A DNA stretch of 64,000 nucleotides from Gammaproteobacteria bacterium (GTDB lineage Bacteria > Pseudomonadota > Gammaproteobacteria > CBDBNL01 > JAAOII01), in the NCBI GenBank assembly GCA_965209035.1, contig OZ242372.1, forward strand, positions 1,632,001 through 1,696,000, read 5' to 3'. Made by a program: the position numbers and the translations under genes. The notes under the pieces are model-generated. The model had not been told where the DNA came from. It saw nothing but the letters and a program-made list of their open reading frames with translations, and ran no database searches. Positions 8,944 to 18,219 of the stretch are shown here, piece after piece; the stretch's first letter is position 1; each line of letters opens with the position of its first letter.

Positions 8944-10056
8944 CTAAGACTTTTGAAATTTTCGTACAAACGAGCGATCCAAGTGGTCCTTCCAATGCCA
9001 AACCATTTTGCCACACAGCACCCTGTTCCATTTTTGTGCCACGGCTCTCTTCTCACCCAAAGACAAGATCGTCAAAAAATCTTTTTGCGGGCAGTATGCT
9101 TTCAGATCCGGGCGACCTTCGGCGACTCTTCTTAGGTTTTCCGCCAGAAAGGGAGCCTCGCGAACCGCAAAGACACCGGCCTTGGCAACCGGTTGCGGAC
9201 TTAAGGATACCACGTCGCCGGCGCCGAAGATATTAGGATGCGAGACGGAACGCAGAAAGGGATCCACCCGCAAAAAGCCGTTGGCATCCAACTCCAATCC
9301 TTTGGTCTTTAGAAAAGCCGGCGGGATTCCGGGAGTGCTCCAAAAAACATAGCGGGCATCCGTTTCCTCGCCCCGGCTGTTCGTCAGCTTCCCGGGCGAA
9401 CGCCCGCAAACATCAAACCCTTCCATCAGATCTACCCCCGCGATCTTCAGACCTTCTCGCACCGGTGTGTGCGCCTTCGGCGCATATTCCGGCAAGAAGG
9501 AACGACAAACAAGTTTAAACGAAATATTTAACTGCCGCCGCAAACGCCAAGCCAAAGCGCATGCCACCTCCACCCCGCCGGCACCGCCGCCGACCACGGC
9601 AACCGTGAATAACAACTTGTCTTGTTCGCACAGTTCAAGGAATTTTTTTGTCAGGCGCGGCAAATCACCCGCAGGTTTGAGCGGAATATTGTGCTCATTT
9701 TTAGCAAGACCATCCGGCAGCCGACAGTGAATCCCCAGGTTCAGTGAAATGAAATCATAGGACCATTTCCCTTTGTCGGTTTGAACCGTGCGAGCATCCG
9801 GGTCAATTGCGCGCACCCTTTCCCGGCGGAAAACAACACCCGCCTTGCGACAGAGTTCCTTGGGTGAGATCGTCAACTCTTCGCGATCATAGTGACCGGC
9901 AAGCCAGCCCGGCAGCATCCCCGTATACAGTATTTCTTCGTTTTCCGAAATCAGAACCGTTTCATAGTCGGCACGAGGGGATCTTTTTTGCCAATCATGC
10001 AACAAGAGTGCGTGGCTGTGCCCGCCGCCGAGAAGAAGAATTCTTTTTTGTTTCAT
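8944..10056 (-). CDS. FAD-dependent pyridine nucleotide-disulfide oxidoreductase (N-terminal-to-SelD type)
   Basis: LLLGGGHSH, YTGMLPG, VVGGGAGGVE, IFGAGD, KAGVFAVR and WKDHLDRSFV. Confidence 0.85.
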   Translation of the reverse strand: MKQKRILLLGGGHSHALLLHDWQKRSPRADYETVLISENEEILYTGMLPGWLAGHYDREELTISPKELCRKAGVVFRRERVRAIDPDARTVQTDKGKWSYDFISLNLGIHCRLPDGLAKNEHNIPLKPAGDLPRLTKKFLELCEQDKLLFTVAVVGGGAGGVEVACALAWRLRRQLNISFKLVCRSFLPEYAPKAHTPVREGLKIAGVDLMEGFDVCGRSPGKLTNSRGEETDARYVFWSTPGIPPAFLKTKGLELDANGFLRVDPFLRSVSHPNIFGAGDVVSLSPQPVAKAGVFAVREAPFLAENLRRVAEGRPDLKAYCPQKDFLTILSLGEKRAVAQKWNRVLCGKMVWHWKDHLDRSFVRKFQKS

Positions 10057-10165
10057 TTTTTATGATTGGGGTGAATCGCTTAATACTCGAATGTTCTTGC
10101 TTTTTCTATGCTGTCTGTTTGGCGTCATTACACAGGTAATTTTATGGAAACTCTGCGGTGTCCCG

Positions 10166-10220
10166 TATCTGATGACGTACAATGCCAAACTCAGAGCCCA
10201 AAACCTTTCTGATATTATGT
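10166..10220 (+). repeat. Intergenic element A1 (direct repeat of 25295-25349)
   Basis: Core CCAAACTCAGAGCCCAAAACCTT (10185-10207) matches 25314-25336 at 22/23, and the similarity extends on both sides. Confidence 0.8.
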
Positions 10221-10274
10221 ACCATAAAATATATTGAAATAATCATAAACTTTTGTAATCATTAAAATTAAATC

Positions 10275-11387
10275 ATGCCAGGACCTCGACCTCAATGGAA
10301 GACAGTTCATGAGAGCACTCAACAAAAAATAGATGAAGCTTTTAAAGAACTAACTGATATAAAAGATGCTGCCCAAAAAGTATTAAATGATATTACCGAA
10401 AAACAAAATACTGCTCAAACTAGGGTAGACAATATTACCGAAAAACAAAATGCTGCACAAACCAAAATAGATAAGATTACCCAGAAGCAAGGCACCGCTC
10501 AAACAACATTGGACAATATGATTGAGAAACAAAATGCTGCTCAAACAACCCTGGATGATATTACCACAAAACAAAATGCTGCTCAAACAACCCTGAATGA
10601 TATTACCAAAAAACAAAATGCTGCCCAAACAACCCTGAATGATATTACCAAAAAACAAAATAATACCCAAACAATCTCAGATGACATTACAGGGAAACAA
10701 AGTACAGTGAATGAAGCATTCGGACAAATAGAACAAATATTAGGTAGATCAAAAGAAATAGAAGGGAATCAAAAACAACGATTTAAGGACATTGAAGATA
10801 AGATCTTGGATTTTTATGAAGGAGAGAAAAATGAAAAAGGAGAAAGAGAAAAAGGATACAAACAAAAAATAGAACAAGCCCATGATCGCATAGAAATAAT
10901 AGAAAGTGAAAAAAATAAAAAGGAATTATCCAGTGCTTTTGAGTCAGAGGCAAAAAAGTACGAAATAAAATACCGTTGGACTTTATCAGGAATGGCTATT
11001 TGTGCATTTATTATAGTAGGAGTAGGAGGATATGCTATTAAAAATAATATAACTTTTTCTTGGGAAGGATACCCTTTGCTCTTAACAATGATGGGGGTGA
11101 TCGGTTTTTTTCTGTTCCAACTCGGCAGGTCTTACACAGAGCAACATCAGTTATATATCAAGTATACACATAGAAGTTCTTTTGCCAAAGCCTATACAGC
11201 CTATATCCGAGAAGCCAGGGCTAATTCGGAATTACAACAACAATTACTTAAGGCACTTACAGAAACTATTCAGAAAGAACCCAACAGTGAGAAAATTTCC
11301 GGTAACTTGATAGAGAAAGTATTCAAAAAAGTAGAGAAAGTAACAGATAAAGTAATAGATAAATTAATAAATAAAGCAAAAGAATAA
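10275..11387 (+). CDS. Hypothetical coiled-coil repeat protein with a C-terminal two-TM domain
   Basis: 370 aa and AT-rich, with eight 14-aa repeats (AAQTTLNDITKKQN), two hydrophobic helices and a charged helical tail. Confidence 0.85.
   Translation: MPGPRPQWKTVHESTQQKIDEAFKELTDIKDAAQKVLNDITEKQNTAQTRVDNITEKQNAAQTKIDKITQKQGTAQTTLDNMIEKQNAAQTTLDDITTKQNAAQTTLNDITKKQNAAQTTLNDITKKQNNTQTISDDITGKQSTVNEAFGQIEQILGRSKEIEGNQKQRFKDIEDKILDFYEGEKNEKGEREKGYKQKIEQAHDRIEIIESEKNKKELSSAFESEAKKYEIKYRWTLSGMAICAFIIVGVGGYAIKNNITFSWEGYPLLLTMMGVIGFFLFQLGRSYTEQHQLYIKYTHRSSFAKAYTAYIREARANSELQQQLLKALTETIQKEPNSEKISGNLIEKVFKKVEKVTDKVIDKLINKAKE
10368..10703 (+). repeat. 8 x 42-bp intragenic tandem repeat
   Basis: Unit approximately GCTGCTCAAACAACCCTGAATGATATTACCAAAAAACAAAAT. 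Units 5-7 are nearly identical. Confidence 0.9.
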
Positions 11388-11458
11388 AGGATCATTGAAC
11401 TCAGTTGGGTTATTCAAATGATCTACGGTATATTTAAATTTTATATAATCAAAGATAA

Positions 11459-13981
11459 ATGAAATACGAAGATAAATTTTTTGAAGCACTGGGGCGGTTA
11501 TTCGTCGGGAAAAAAGTGGAAGGGAAGTCCGGGTTTATCAACCTGATGCATATTAAACAAAGTTATTATGATGAGCATATTCAAACAAAGATCCGAGAAA
11601 AGATTAATGAGCGAATTCCTGACAATGGAACATCCGGCAATAAAGACGGGCAACGCGAAGAATTGTTTGACAAGTTGTATAACTTTTTCAGTCGTTACTT
11701 TTGCGAGAGTGGTTCTGTTTACTTTCGGTATTTGCAGGCCGGCGAAAGGATCTATGATCGCGTGTATGAAGAAGATCGGGATGTGGAGTTGGTTTGGAAA
11801 ACACGAGATCTTTATTATGTTAAATCCGATTTTCTAATCCGGAATATTCGGATAACAGATCCCGATAACAAATGGACACACTATCATTTTGATGCCACCG
11901 AATTTGAAAACAAACAAAATAATGAACGGCGTGACTTTGTGTTTGAATATCAAAAGACCGAAAAAGAAAAGAACGACGAGATCTGCCACTATTTGTCAGT
12001 ATCTTATAAACACGGAAACAAGTCAACCAACATTAAAAATATCATAAGATCCCTAAAAGAAGCGGGGACAGAGATACAAGAAGAACAATTACAACTCATC
12101 TTTAACACCTTCAAACGCCAAACAGAAGCGGACTATTTTATCCATAAGAATGCCCGTAAATTTTTACGGGAACAATTTGATTTGTATATGTATCAATATA
12201 TCTGGAATACCGGCAAAGAATTTAATGATGCGGAAAATGATTTCAGTCAAAAGCGATTGAAACAACTCAACACCATCCAACAAACCGCTTACGACATCAT
12301 TGATTTTATTTCTCAGTTTGAAGATGAATTGGTGCGTATCTGGCAAAAGCCCAAGTTTGTTCGTAATCTTAACTATGTCATCACCCTGGACAGAATACAG
12401 TCCGTCGATTTATTGGAAAAACTTTCCAAGCACCCGGGAATGCAAGAACAGATCACCGAATGGCAACAGTTGGGTTTGACAGATGAGAATTTCTCTTTTC
12501 AACCGCCCGCAACAGATCAAAAGAGAAAGAGTAAGCAAGTACATCTTCCGCTGGATACAAAATACTTCAAGGATCTGGAATTGGAACTTCTAAACCAACT
12601 GGGTAATCTGACCGAAGCCCTGGACGGGGAACTGGTGCATAGTGAAAATTATCAGGCACTTAACACACTCAAACAAAAATACAAGGAACGCATTCAATGT
12701 ATTTATATTGATCCGCCGTTTAACTTGGATGGGAGCGATCAGTTTGACTATCGCACCAACTATAAAGATGCCTGTTGGGCGACTATGTTGGAAAATCGGC
12801 TGGAACTGGCACGCGACTTCTTAAGTGATACGGGTTGTATTTTTGTCCGTTGTGACTATAACGGGAATTGGATTGTGCGAAGTGTTATAAAACAAATATT
12901 CGATGTATTTCTAAATGAGATTATTGTTAATAGAACACAAGAATTTTTTAAATCTCCCACTCCTAAACAAAAAAAGTTAATGAACGACATAGATAGTCTT
13001 TTATTGGCAGGGAAAAGTTCTAAAGCACGCATTAATCGTATTCAAGTAGAACGAAGTGATGATATCTGGTATGAACCTTTTCTCCCTAATCGCAATAAAG
13101 ACAATAATAAAGAATATAGGATCATTGAGGGCAAAAAAATGTGGAATCCTAATAATAGGCTTTGGGGATTGTCACAAAAAGAGGTAGACGAAGCTTATGC
13201 CGAAAAAAGAATTAAGGTAAAAAATGAAAAAATAAAATATAAACCGAAATATAAAAATATTAAAAACAATTGGACTGATATTAAAGGTTATGAAAGACAT
13301 TGGGGATTTCCTACGGAAAATGCTGAGGTTTTACTAAAACGCGTTATTCAATCTACTGAAACTGTGCAAGAAAAAATATTTTTTGATTTTTTTGCAGGTT
13401 GCGGAACCACACCAGCCGTTGCACAAAAATTGAATCGCAAATGGCTTGGGGTGGAAATGGGCAATCATTTCTATACTTTTTACCGGGATAAAGCGGGAGA
13501 AGAAAAAGTCGGTGCCGTCGGCCGAATGAAAAAGGTACTTGGCGGCTATCAGAGTAGCATCAGTAAAGAAAAGGATGTGGATTATCAGGGTGGCGGTGCC
13601 TTTAAGTATTATGCATTGGAACAGTATGAAGACACGCTGCGCAAAATGCACTACAAAGACAGCAGCCCGATTTATAACAATGCCAAACTGAGTGATTTTC
13701 AACAGTATGTTTTTTTGGCAGACGCGAAGTTCACTTTTCCCGTGGCGGCTGATCGCAAGCCAAACCGACTCAGTATCAATCTATACGACATCTATGCAGA
13801 CCTGGACATTGGCGAATCCCTGGCAAATATTCTTGGCAAACAAATTAAGGAACGCACTGCCGATACTGTCATTTTTGCGGACGGCGAGAAAAGAAAAATT
13901 AATCCGGCCGTCATGACCGAAGAAGAAAAAGTGGATTTCTTAACCGCCATGCGTCCCTATCTTTGGTGGGGAGAGGCATAA
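11459..13981 (+). CDS. mod: Type III restriction-modification methyltransferase subunit
   Basis: CIYIDPPFN (motif IV) precedes DFFAGCGTT (motif I), the beta-class order. It has a long N-terminal extension and lies 1 bp from a helicase-nuclease gene. Confidence 0.92.
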   Translation: MKYEDKFFEALGRLFVGKKVEGKSGFINLMHIKQSYYDEHIQTKIREKINERIPDNGTSGNKDGQREELFDKLYNFFSRYFCESGSVYFRYLQAGERIYDRVYEEDRDVELVWKTRDLYYVKSDFLIRNIRITDPDNKWTHYHFDATEFENKQNNERRDFVFEYQKTEKEKNDEICHYLSVSYKHGNKSTNIKNIIRSLKEAGTEIQEEQLQLIFNTFKRQTEADYFIHKNARKFLREQFDLYMYQYIWNTGKEFNDAENDFSQKRLKQLNTIQQTAYDIIDFISQFEDELVRIWQKPKFVRNLNYVITLDRIQSVDLLEKLSKHPGMQEQITEWQQLGLTDENFSFQPPATDQKRKSKQVHLPLDTKYFKDLELELLNQLGNLTEALDGELVHSENYQALNTLKQKYKERIQCIYIDPPFNLDGSDQFDYRTNYKDACWATMLENRLELARDFLSDTGCIFVRCDYNGNWIVRSVIKQIFDVFLNEIIVNRTQEFFKSPTPKQKKLMNDIDSLLLAGKSSKARINRIQVERSDDIWYEPFLPNRNKDNNKEYRIIEGKKMWNPNNRLWGLSQKEVDEAYAEKRIKVKNEKIKYKPKYKNIKNNWTDIKGYERHWGFPTENAEVLLKRVIQSTETVQEKIFFDFFAGCGTTPAVAQKLNRKWLGVEMGNHFYTFYRDKAGEEKVGAVGRMKKVLGGYQSSISKEKDVDYQGGGAFKYYALEQYEDTLRKMHYKDSSPIYNNAKLSDFQQYVFLADAKFTFPVAADRKPNRLSINLYDIYADLDIGESLANILGKQIKERTADTVIFADGEKRKINPAVMTEEEKVDFLTAMRPYLWWGEA

Positions 13982-13982
13982 A

Positions 13983-16900
13983 GTGAATCAAACTTTATTG
14001 CAACAAATTCTATCAAGGAGGGGTTACGATGACATCCCGGCAGAATGGCAACCTGCAAACCTTAAATACTTTTCGCGCACCAAAACACTGCACGCGTATC
14101 AACAAGATGCCATTAGGCAGACGATCATCGGCTTGCATTCCTATTACGGTCAAGAAGACAGCACTTACCGACCGGGCGAACCGGCGGAATGCGAGGCAAA
14201 ACGTAAACAACACTTCTATGAGATGTATCGCAGTGAGTGTCAAAAATACGGCGAAGAATTTACCGACGCCTTTTCCAAACTAAATGTTACAAAATGCGGG
14301 GCGGGTAAAGATATTTTTAATATACTGGCACAACATTGCCCTGCGGAAGAAGGCACGATTTCGTACCAGCATCTTATTAACAGAATGTGCTTCTGGATGG
14401 CAACCGGCAGTGGCAAGACCCTGGTCCTCCTCAAGTTAATCGCACACCTGCATACTCTTAAGAAGCGGAAACTCATCCCCCCGCATCGGATCCTTTTGCT
14501 CGCACCGAGTGCAATTGTTCTGGCACAAATCAAGAAAACACAGAGGGAATTTAGCCTACACGGGGATACCAAAATAGAATTGGTTGAATTAACAAAACTG
14601 GGCAAAGAAGCATCTCTGCAATTTGGCAATGTCGAGACGGTCTATTACTGGCGAAGTGACAATATCAGAGAGGAGCAATCGGATGCAATCATAAATTATC
14701 GGCGTTATCTAAATGGTGGCAACTGGTATGTATTTTTGGACGAAGCCCACAAAGGAAAAAAAGGAGATTCCAAGCGGCAGGCCTATTACGCCCTGATGTC
14801 AAACAAAGGTTTTATGTTTAACTTTTCCGCCACCTTCACGGAATCTCAAGACATTATTACCACTGCGGTTGATTTTAATTTGAACCAATTTATACGTGCG
14901 GAATATGGGAAACACCTTTTGCTCGGCAAAGACAGTTTTCCCGCCACGGTAACCGAGCCGGTGGCGGGTGCTATCAACGCGCAAACAAAAGAAAAGGTAT
15001 TGTTGAAGTCTCTGATTACCTTGGCATTCGTTAAGTTGAACTATCTGCGCTTGAAAGAGAAAACGGGACAAGAAAAAATCTATCACATTCCTTTAATGAT
15101 GACGCTGGTGCATTCGGTCGGTACAGAAGTTGGCAAAAACGATCTCCTCAACTTTTTTACTTTACTAAGAAAATTTTGCCGAAGAGATATTAACCCAAAC
15201 AGGTTTAACCAAGTAAAAGAAGAACTGCTGCACGAATGGGAAACCGCGGAGTTTTTATTTGAGAAAAGTAAACCCCATTTTGGGAGAAATCGAGGAGCGC
15301 GCGAACTAATGCGGTCTATGACCATAAGCGATTTTCGTTCCGCCGTATTCCTGGCACCCGGCAAGGGCGAAATAGAAGTGCGTAATCCTCATAACGGGAA
15401 AGAAATTGCATTTCAATTAAGGACAGCCGACAGTCCTTTTGCGCTGATTCGCATCGGGGATATTACCAAATGGACCAATCAATTTCTTGTTGATATGGGT
15501 ATTCCGGAAGGAAAGACCTTAACCGTTTCTTATTTTGAGAATATGGAAGAATTTGAAGGAAGCATTCTCATGGGTTCGCGGGCATTTTTTGAAAGTTGGG
15601 ATTCCAACCGCCCGAATGTGATTAATTTCATTAATATTGCCAAGCAAGGAGCGAGAAAGTTTACCACCCAGGCAATCGGACGCGGCGTACGCATTGAACC
15701 GTTGAAGGGACATCGTTATCGTCTTGACCGATTTTCCAATAGCCAATCGGAGGCATCCTCTCTGATTCGCCATAAAGAATATACCGAACCTTTGGAAACT
15801 CTTTTTATTTATGCTACGGATACAAATGCTGTCCAAGGTATTCTGGAAGGAATACAAATAGAACAAAAAGCACAATTTTTGCCTCTTAGTCAGGACTTAG
15901 TCGCACAGATGAATACACCGAAATTGAAAGACGGTTCAATGATGCCTGTTCTTGTCCCTTACTACAAAAGACCGCGTATGGAACATCACCAAGATGGTCG
16001 GGCGGGTCGGGTGGATACGAATCATAAATTTGACATTAGCGAAGAATCTTTGAAGGCATACGAAACTTATATGAAGCAAGTTTCGGACGGTTTTCTTGCC
16101 ACAGTGCGCGGGATGACCGCGGAAAAAATTCACAGATTACGCTCCTATACGGAAGCCTCCGATGCAACATCCGGCCGTTTTCGCATAAAGGAAGAAAATT
16201 CTTACGAGTTCTTGCCGGTTTTGGAATTCGCCGTGCTTTCACACATCACTCTTCTGCCAAGACAAGTTAAAGAAATAAGCGACATTCAAACCAAAGAAGA
16301 TGCTGCCGAAGGCAATATCATTCATTTTCGCAAGATAGAAGTTTCTTTACCTCCCGCAGAGAAAAAAGAATTGGAAGAAAAAATGCGCAAGGCACGCAAG
16401 GGGAGATATCAAGATATGCGCGAATTATTGGGTAAATATAACAGAAACGAGATCAGTGAGGAAGAATATCTTGAACAAAGCGGGGACAGGCAAAATCTTG
16501 AAAATTACAATTTTCGAGACGAAATTAAGATACTGCCTAACCCCGATAGACGTTATGATTTCTTAAACAAGCATTATTATCTGCCAATTCTTATTAACAA
16601 AAAAGACAACAGATTAAGTTATATTCGTCACATTATTCAAGAAAAGAGCGAACACGAATTTATAGAAAAATTAAGCACTTGGCTGCTTGGGCGCGAACTT
16701 CAATGGGATGCTTGGATGTTTAGCAAATTGGATGAACACCTGGACAGTATTTACATACCTTATACTTCCGGCAACCAAGAACGCCAATTTCACCCCGATT
16801 TTATTTTTTGGATGTGTCGTAAAAATGAATGTCGTATCGTTTTCGTGGATCCTAAGGGAACCGAACACACACTGGGGGAGAGAAAAATAGACGGGTATAA

Positions 16901-17066
16901 AAAACTGTTCTTAAAACCCGAAACGAAAAATACCAAAAGATTTGCATATACGGGTGACAGAAAATGGTCAGTGGAAGTCAAACTCTTTATGTTCTCAGAA
17001 AGCGACGGAGCCACCAATGAATATAAAGAGTATTGGATAGATAACCCGGAACCGATTTTTGCCTGA
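13983..17066 (+). CDS. res: Type III restriction endonuclease subunit (SF2 helicase-like ATPase plus PD-(D/E)XK nuclease)
   Basis: MATGSGKT, FLDEAH, FSATF, QAIGRGVR and C-terminal FHPDFIFW...FVDPKG. Confidence 0.92.
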   Translation: MNQTLLQQILSRRGYDDIPAEWQPANLKYFSRTKTLHAYQQDAIRQTIIGLHSYYGQEDSTYRPGEPAECEAKRKQHFYEMYRSECQKYGEEFTDAFSKLNVTKCGAGKDIFNILAQHCPAEEGTISYQHLINRMCFWMATGSGKTLVLLKLIAHLHTLKKRKLIPPHRILLLAPSAIVLAQIKKTQREFSLHGDTKIELVELTKLGKEASLQFGNVETVYYWRSDNIREEQSDAIINYRRYLNGGNWYVFLDEAHKGKKGDSKRQAYYALMSNKGFMFNFSATFTESQDIITTAVDFNLNQFIRAEYGKHLLLGKDSFPATVTEPVAGAINAQTKEKVLLKSLITLAFVKLNYLRLKEKTGQEKIYHIPLMMTLVHSVGTEVGKNDLLNFFTLLRKFCRRDINPNRFNQVKEELLHEWETAEFLFEKSKPHFGRNRGARELMRSMTISDFRSAVFLAPGKGEIEVRNPHNGKEIAFQLRTADSPFALIRIGDITKWTNQFLVDMGIPEGKTLTVSYFENMEEFEGSILMGSRAFFESWDSNRPNVINFINIAKQGARKFTTQAIGRGVRIEPLKGHRYRLDRFSNSQSEASSLIRHKEYTEPLETLFIYATDTNAVQGILEGIQIEQKAQFLPLSQDLVAQMNTPKLKDGSMMPVLVPYYKRPRMEHHQDGRAGRVDTNHKFDISEESLKAYETYMKQVSDGFLATVRGMTAEKIHRLRSYTEASDATSGRFRIKEENSYEFLPVLEFAVLSHITLLPRQVKEISDIQTKEDAAEGNIIHFRKIEVSLPPAEKKELEEKMRKARKGRYQDMRELLGKYNRNEISEEEYLEQSGDRQNLENYNFRDEIKILPNPDRRYDFLNKHYYLPILINKKDNRLSYIRHIIQEKSEHEFIEKLSTWLLGRELQWDAWMFSKLDEHLDSIYIPYTSGNQERQFHPDFIFWMCRKNECRIVFVDPKGTEHTLGERKIDGYKKLFLKPETKNTKRFAYTGDRKWSVEVKLFMFSESDGATNEYKEYWIDNPEPIFA

Positions 17067-17069
17067 CCC

Positions 17070-17102
17070 TTGTAAGTTCTTTAATTAAAGAGAACCTTAC
17101 AA
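17070..17102. terminator. Imperfect inverted repeat after res, possible terminator between convergent genes
   Basis: TTGTAAGTTCTTTAA/TTAAAGAGAACCTTACAA. A second hairpin, AAAAAGAG-ttgcct-CTCTTTTT, lies at about 17151-17172. Confidence 0.45.
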
Positions 17103-17285
17103 AAACGCACACAATCCGCTCTAATTTCCCCGCCCGAGGTGCATCATCTCAAAAAGAGTTGCCTCTCTTTTTCGGTTCCAATACTGTGTGCGACCATACA
17201 CAATACACCGGTTCGCTGCAAAAGAATTTCTGATTTTGTCAAAGATTAAGCAAGCGTCCGTCAGGTTCACGCTCTCTGCTTTAAG

Positions 17286-18029
17286 TTAGAGATTAATTGC
17301 CGGTAATGCGTCCCAAGTTTTCCCAAGCAATTTCCTTCCATTAAGATGCTTGGCGCGTTTTTTATTGTCCGCCCCCCAAGTGCCCCATTGCTTAAAAAAG
17401 AATGCTGTTTTTTGTTTTCGGCATTGCTTTTGGATGGCAATAGCCCACTCTTGCCGCATAGGGCGCGCCTTGTGTCCGCTTTCGCCGCCAACTATCACCC
17501 AGTGAATCTGACATAAATCTAACAAGCCCAAATCCTCCAGCAATGGTTCCACGGAAAGAAAGCGTACCGCACAGGGCACCTCGCGCAGATCATCTATCCT
17601 GGGTAAACCATGTCGTTTGTCTTCTACGGTGACTCCCAGCCACACATTGTTCGGCAGAGGTTTTTTACGCTTGGCAAAAAATTCTTTCATCCTCGCGGAT
17701 CTTTTAGTGAGCACCTGATACCTGTGGTGAAGTGTTTGCTCCATCACCCCGATAATGCGTTCTATGAAAGCATCCTTCACCTTGTTATGAAACAAGTCGC
17801 TCATAGAATTAACAAAATAAGTGGTTGGTTTTTTTCGGCGCAATGGGACATCCAGTTTATGTTCCAACATCTTCACTTCACGAAAACCATTGGCATAGTC
17901 CTTATGTCCCATCGCCTTAAGCCTTTCGGCCATCACCTCGGCATAGCAATATTTACAACCTGCGGATACTTTGGTGCAACCGATCACCGGATTCCAAGTT
18001 TCTTCAGTCCACTCTATCTTGCTGGTCAT
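17286..18029 (-). CDS. DUF5131 (phage Gp37/Gp68) family radical-SAM-like protein
   Basis: IEWTEETWNPVIGCTKVSAGCKYCYAE (CX6CX2C), FVNSMSDLFH, LTKR, FLSVEPLL, WVIVGGESG and FFFKQWG. Confidence 0.95.
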   Translation of the reverse strand: MTSKIEWTEETWNPVIGCTKVSAGCKYCYAEVMAERLKAMGHKDYANGFREVKMLEHKLDVPLRRKKPTTYFVNSMSDLFHNKVKDAFIERIIGVMEQTLHHRYQVLTKRSARMKEFFAKRKKPLPNNVWLGVTVEDKRHGLPRIDDLREVPCAVRFLSVEPLLEDLGLLDLCQIHWVIVGGESGHKARPMRQEWAIAIQKQCRKQKTAFFFKQWGTWGADNKKRAKHLNGRKLLGKTWDALPAINL

Positions 18030-18049
18030 TTATCCTTCGCTGATACTCT

Positions 18050-18129
18050 TATAATCCCACCCAGTTCGGGACTTTTGGTATTGAGAACCGGATCGGTGAG
18101 AGTTGTTTGCGAGCATCATAGGCTCGTTT
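18050..18129 (-). repeat. Intergenic element B1 (direct repeat of 19402-19490), upstream of DUF5131
   Basis: TTGTTTGCGAGCATCATAGGCTCGTTT (18103-18129) matches 19464-19490 at 25/27. TTGAGAACCGRATC occurs at 18081 and 19432. Confidence 0.85.
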
Positions 18130-18219
18130 GACTGCGAATATATAATTGGTGGGTTTCGGCAAGTTCGGCTCGGACAATGGTAACGGCATCTTGCGTGACA
18201 CCGGTCGGGTTGTCATCGG

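Noticed and set aside
11459-13981. Phase-variable simple-sequence repeat in mod
   Set aside because: Only short A/T runs (up to about 7) occur in the AT-rich part, and the frame is intact.
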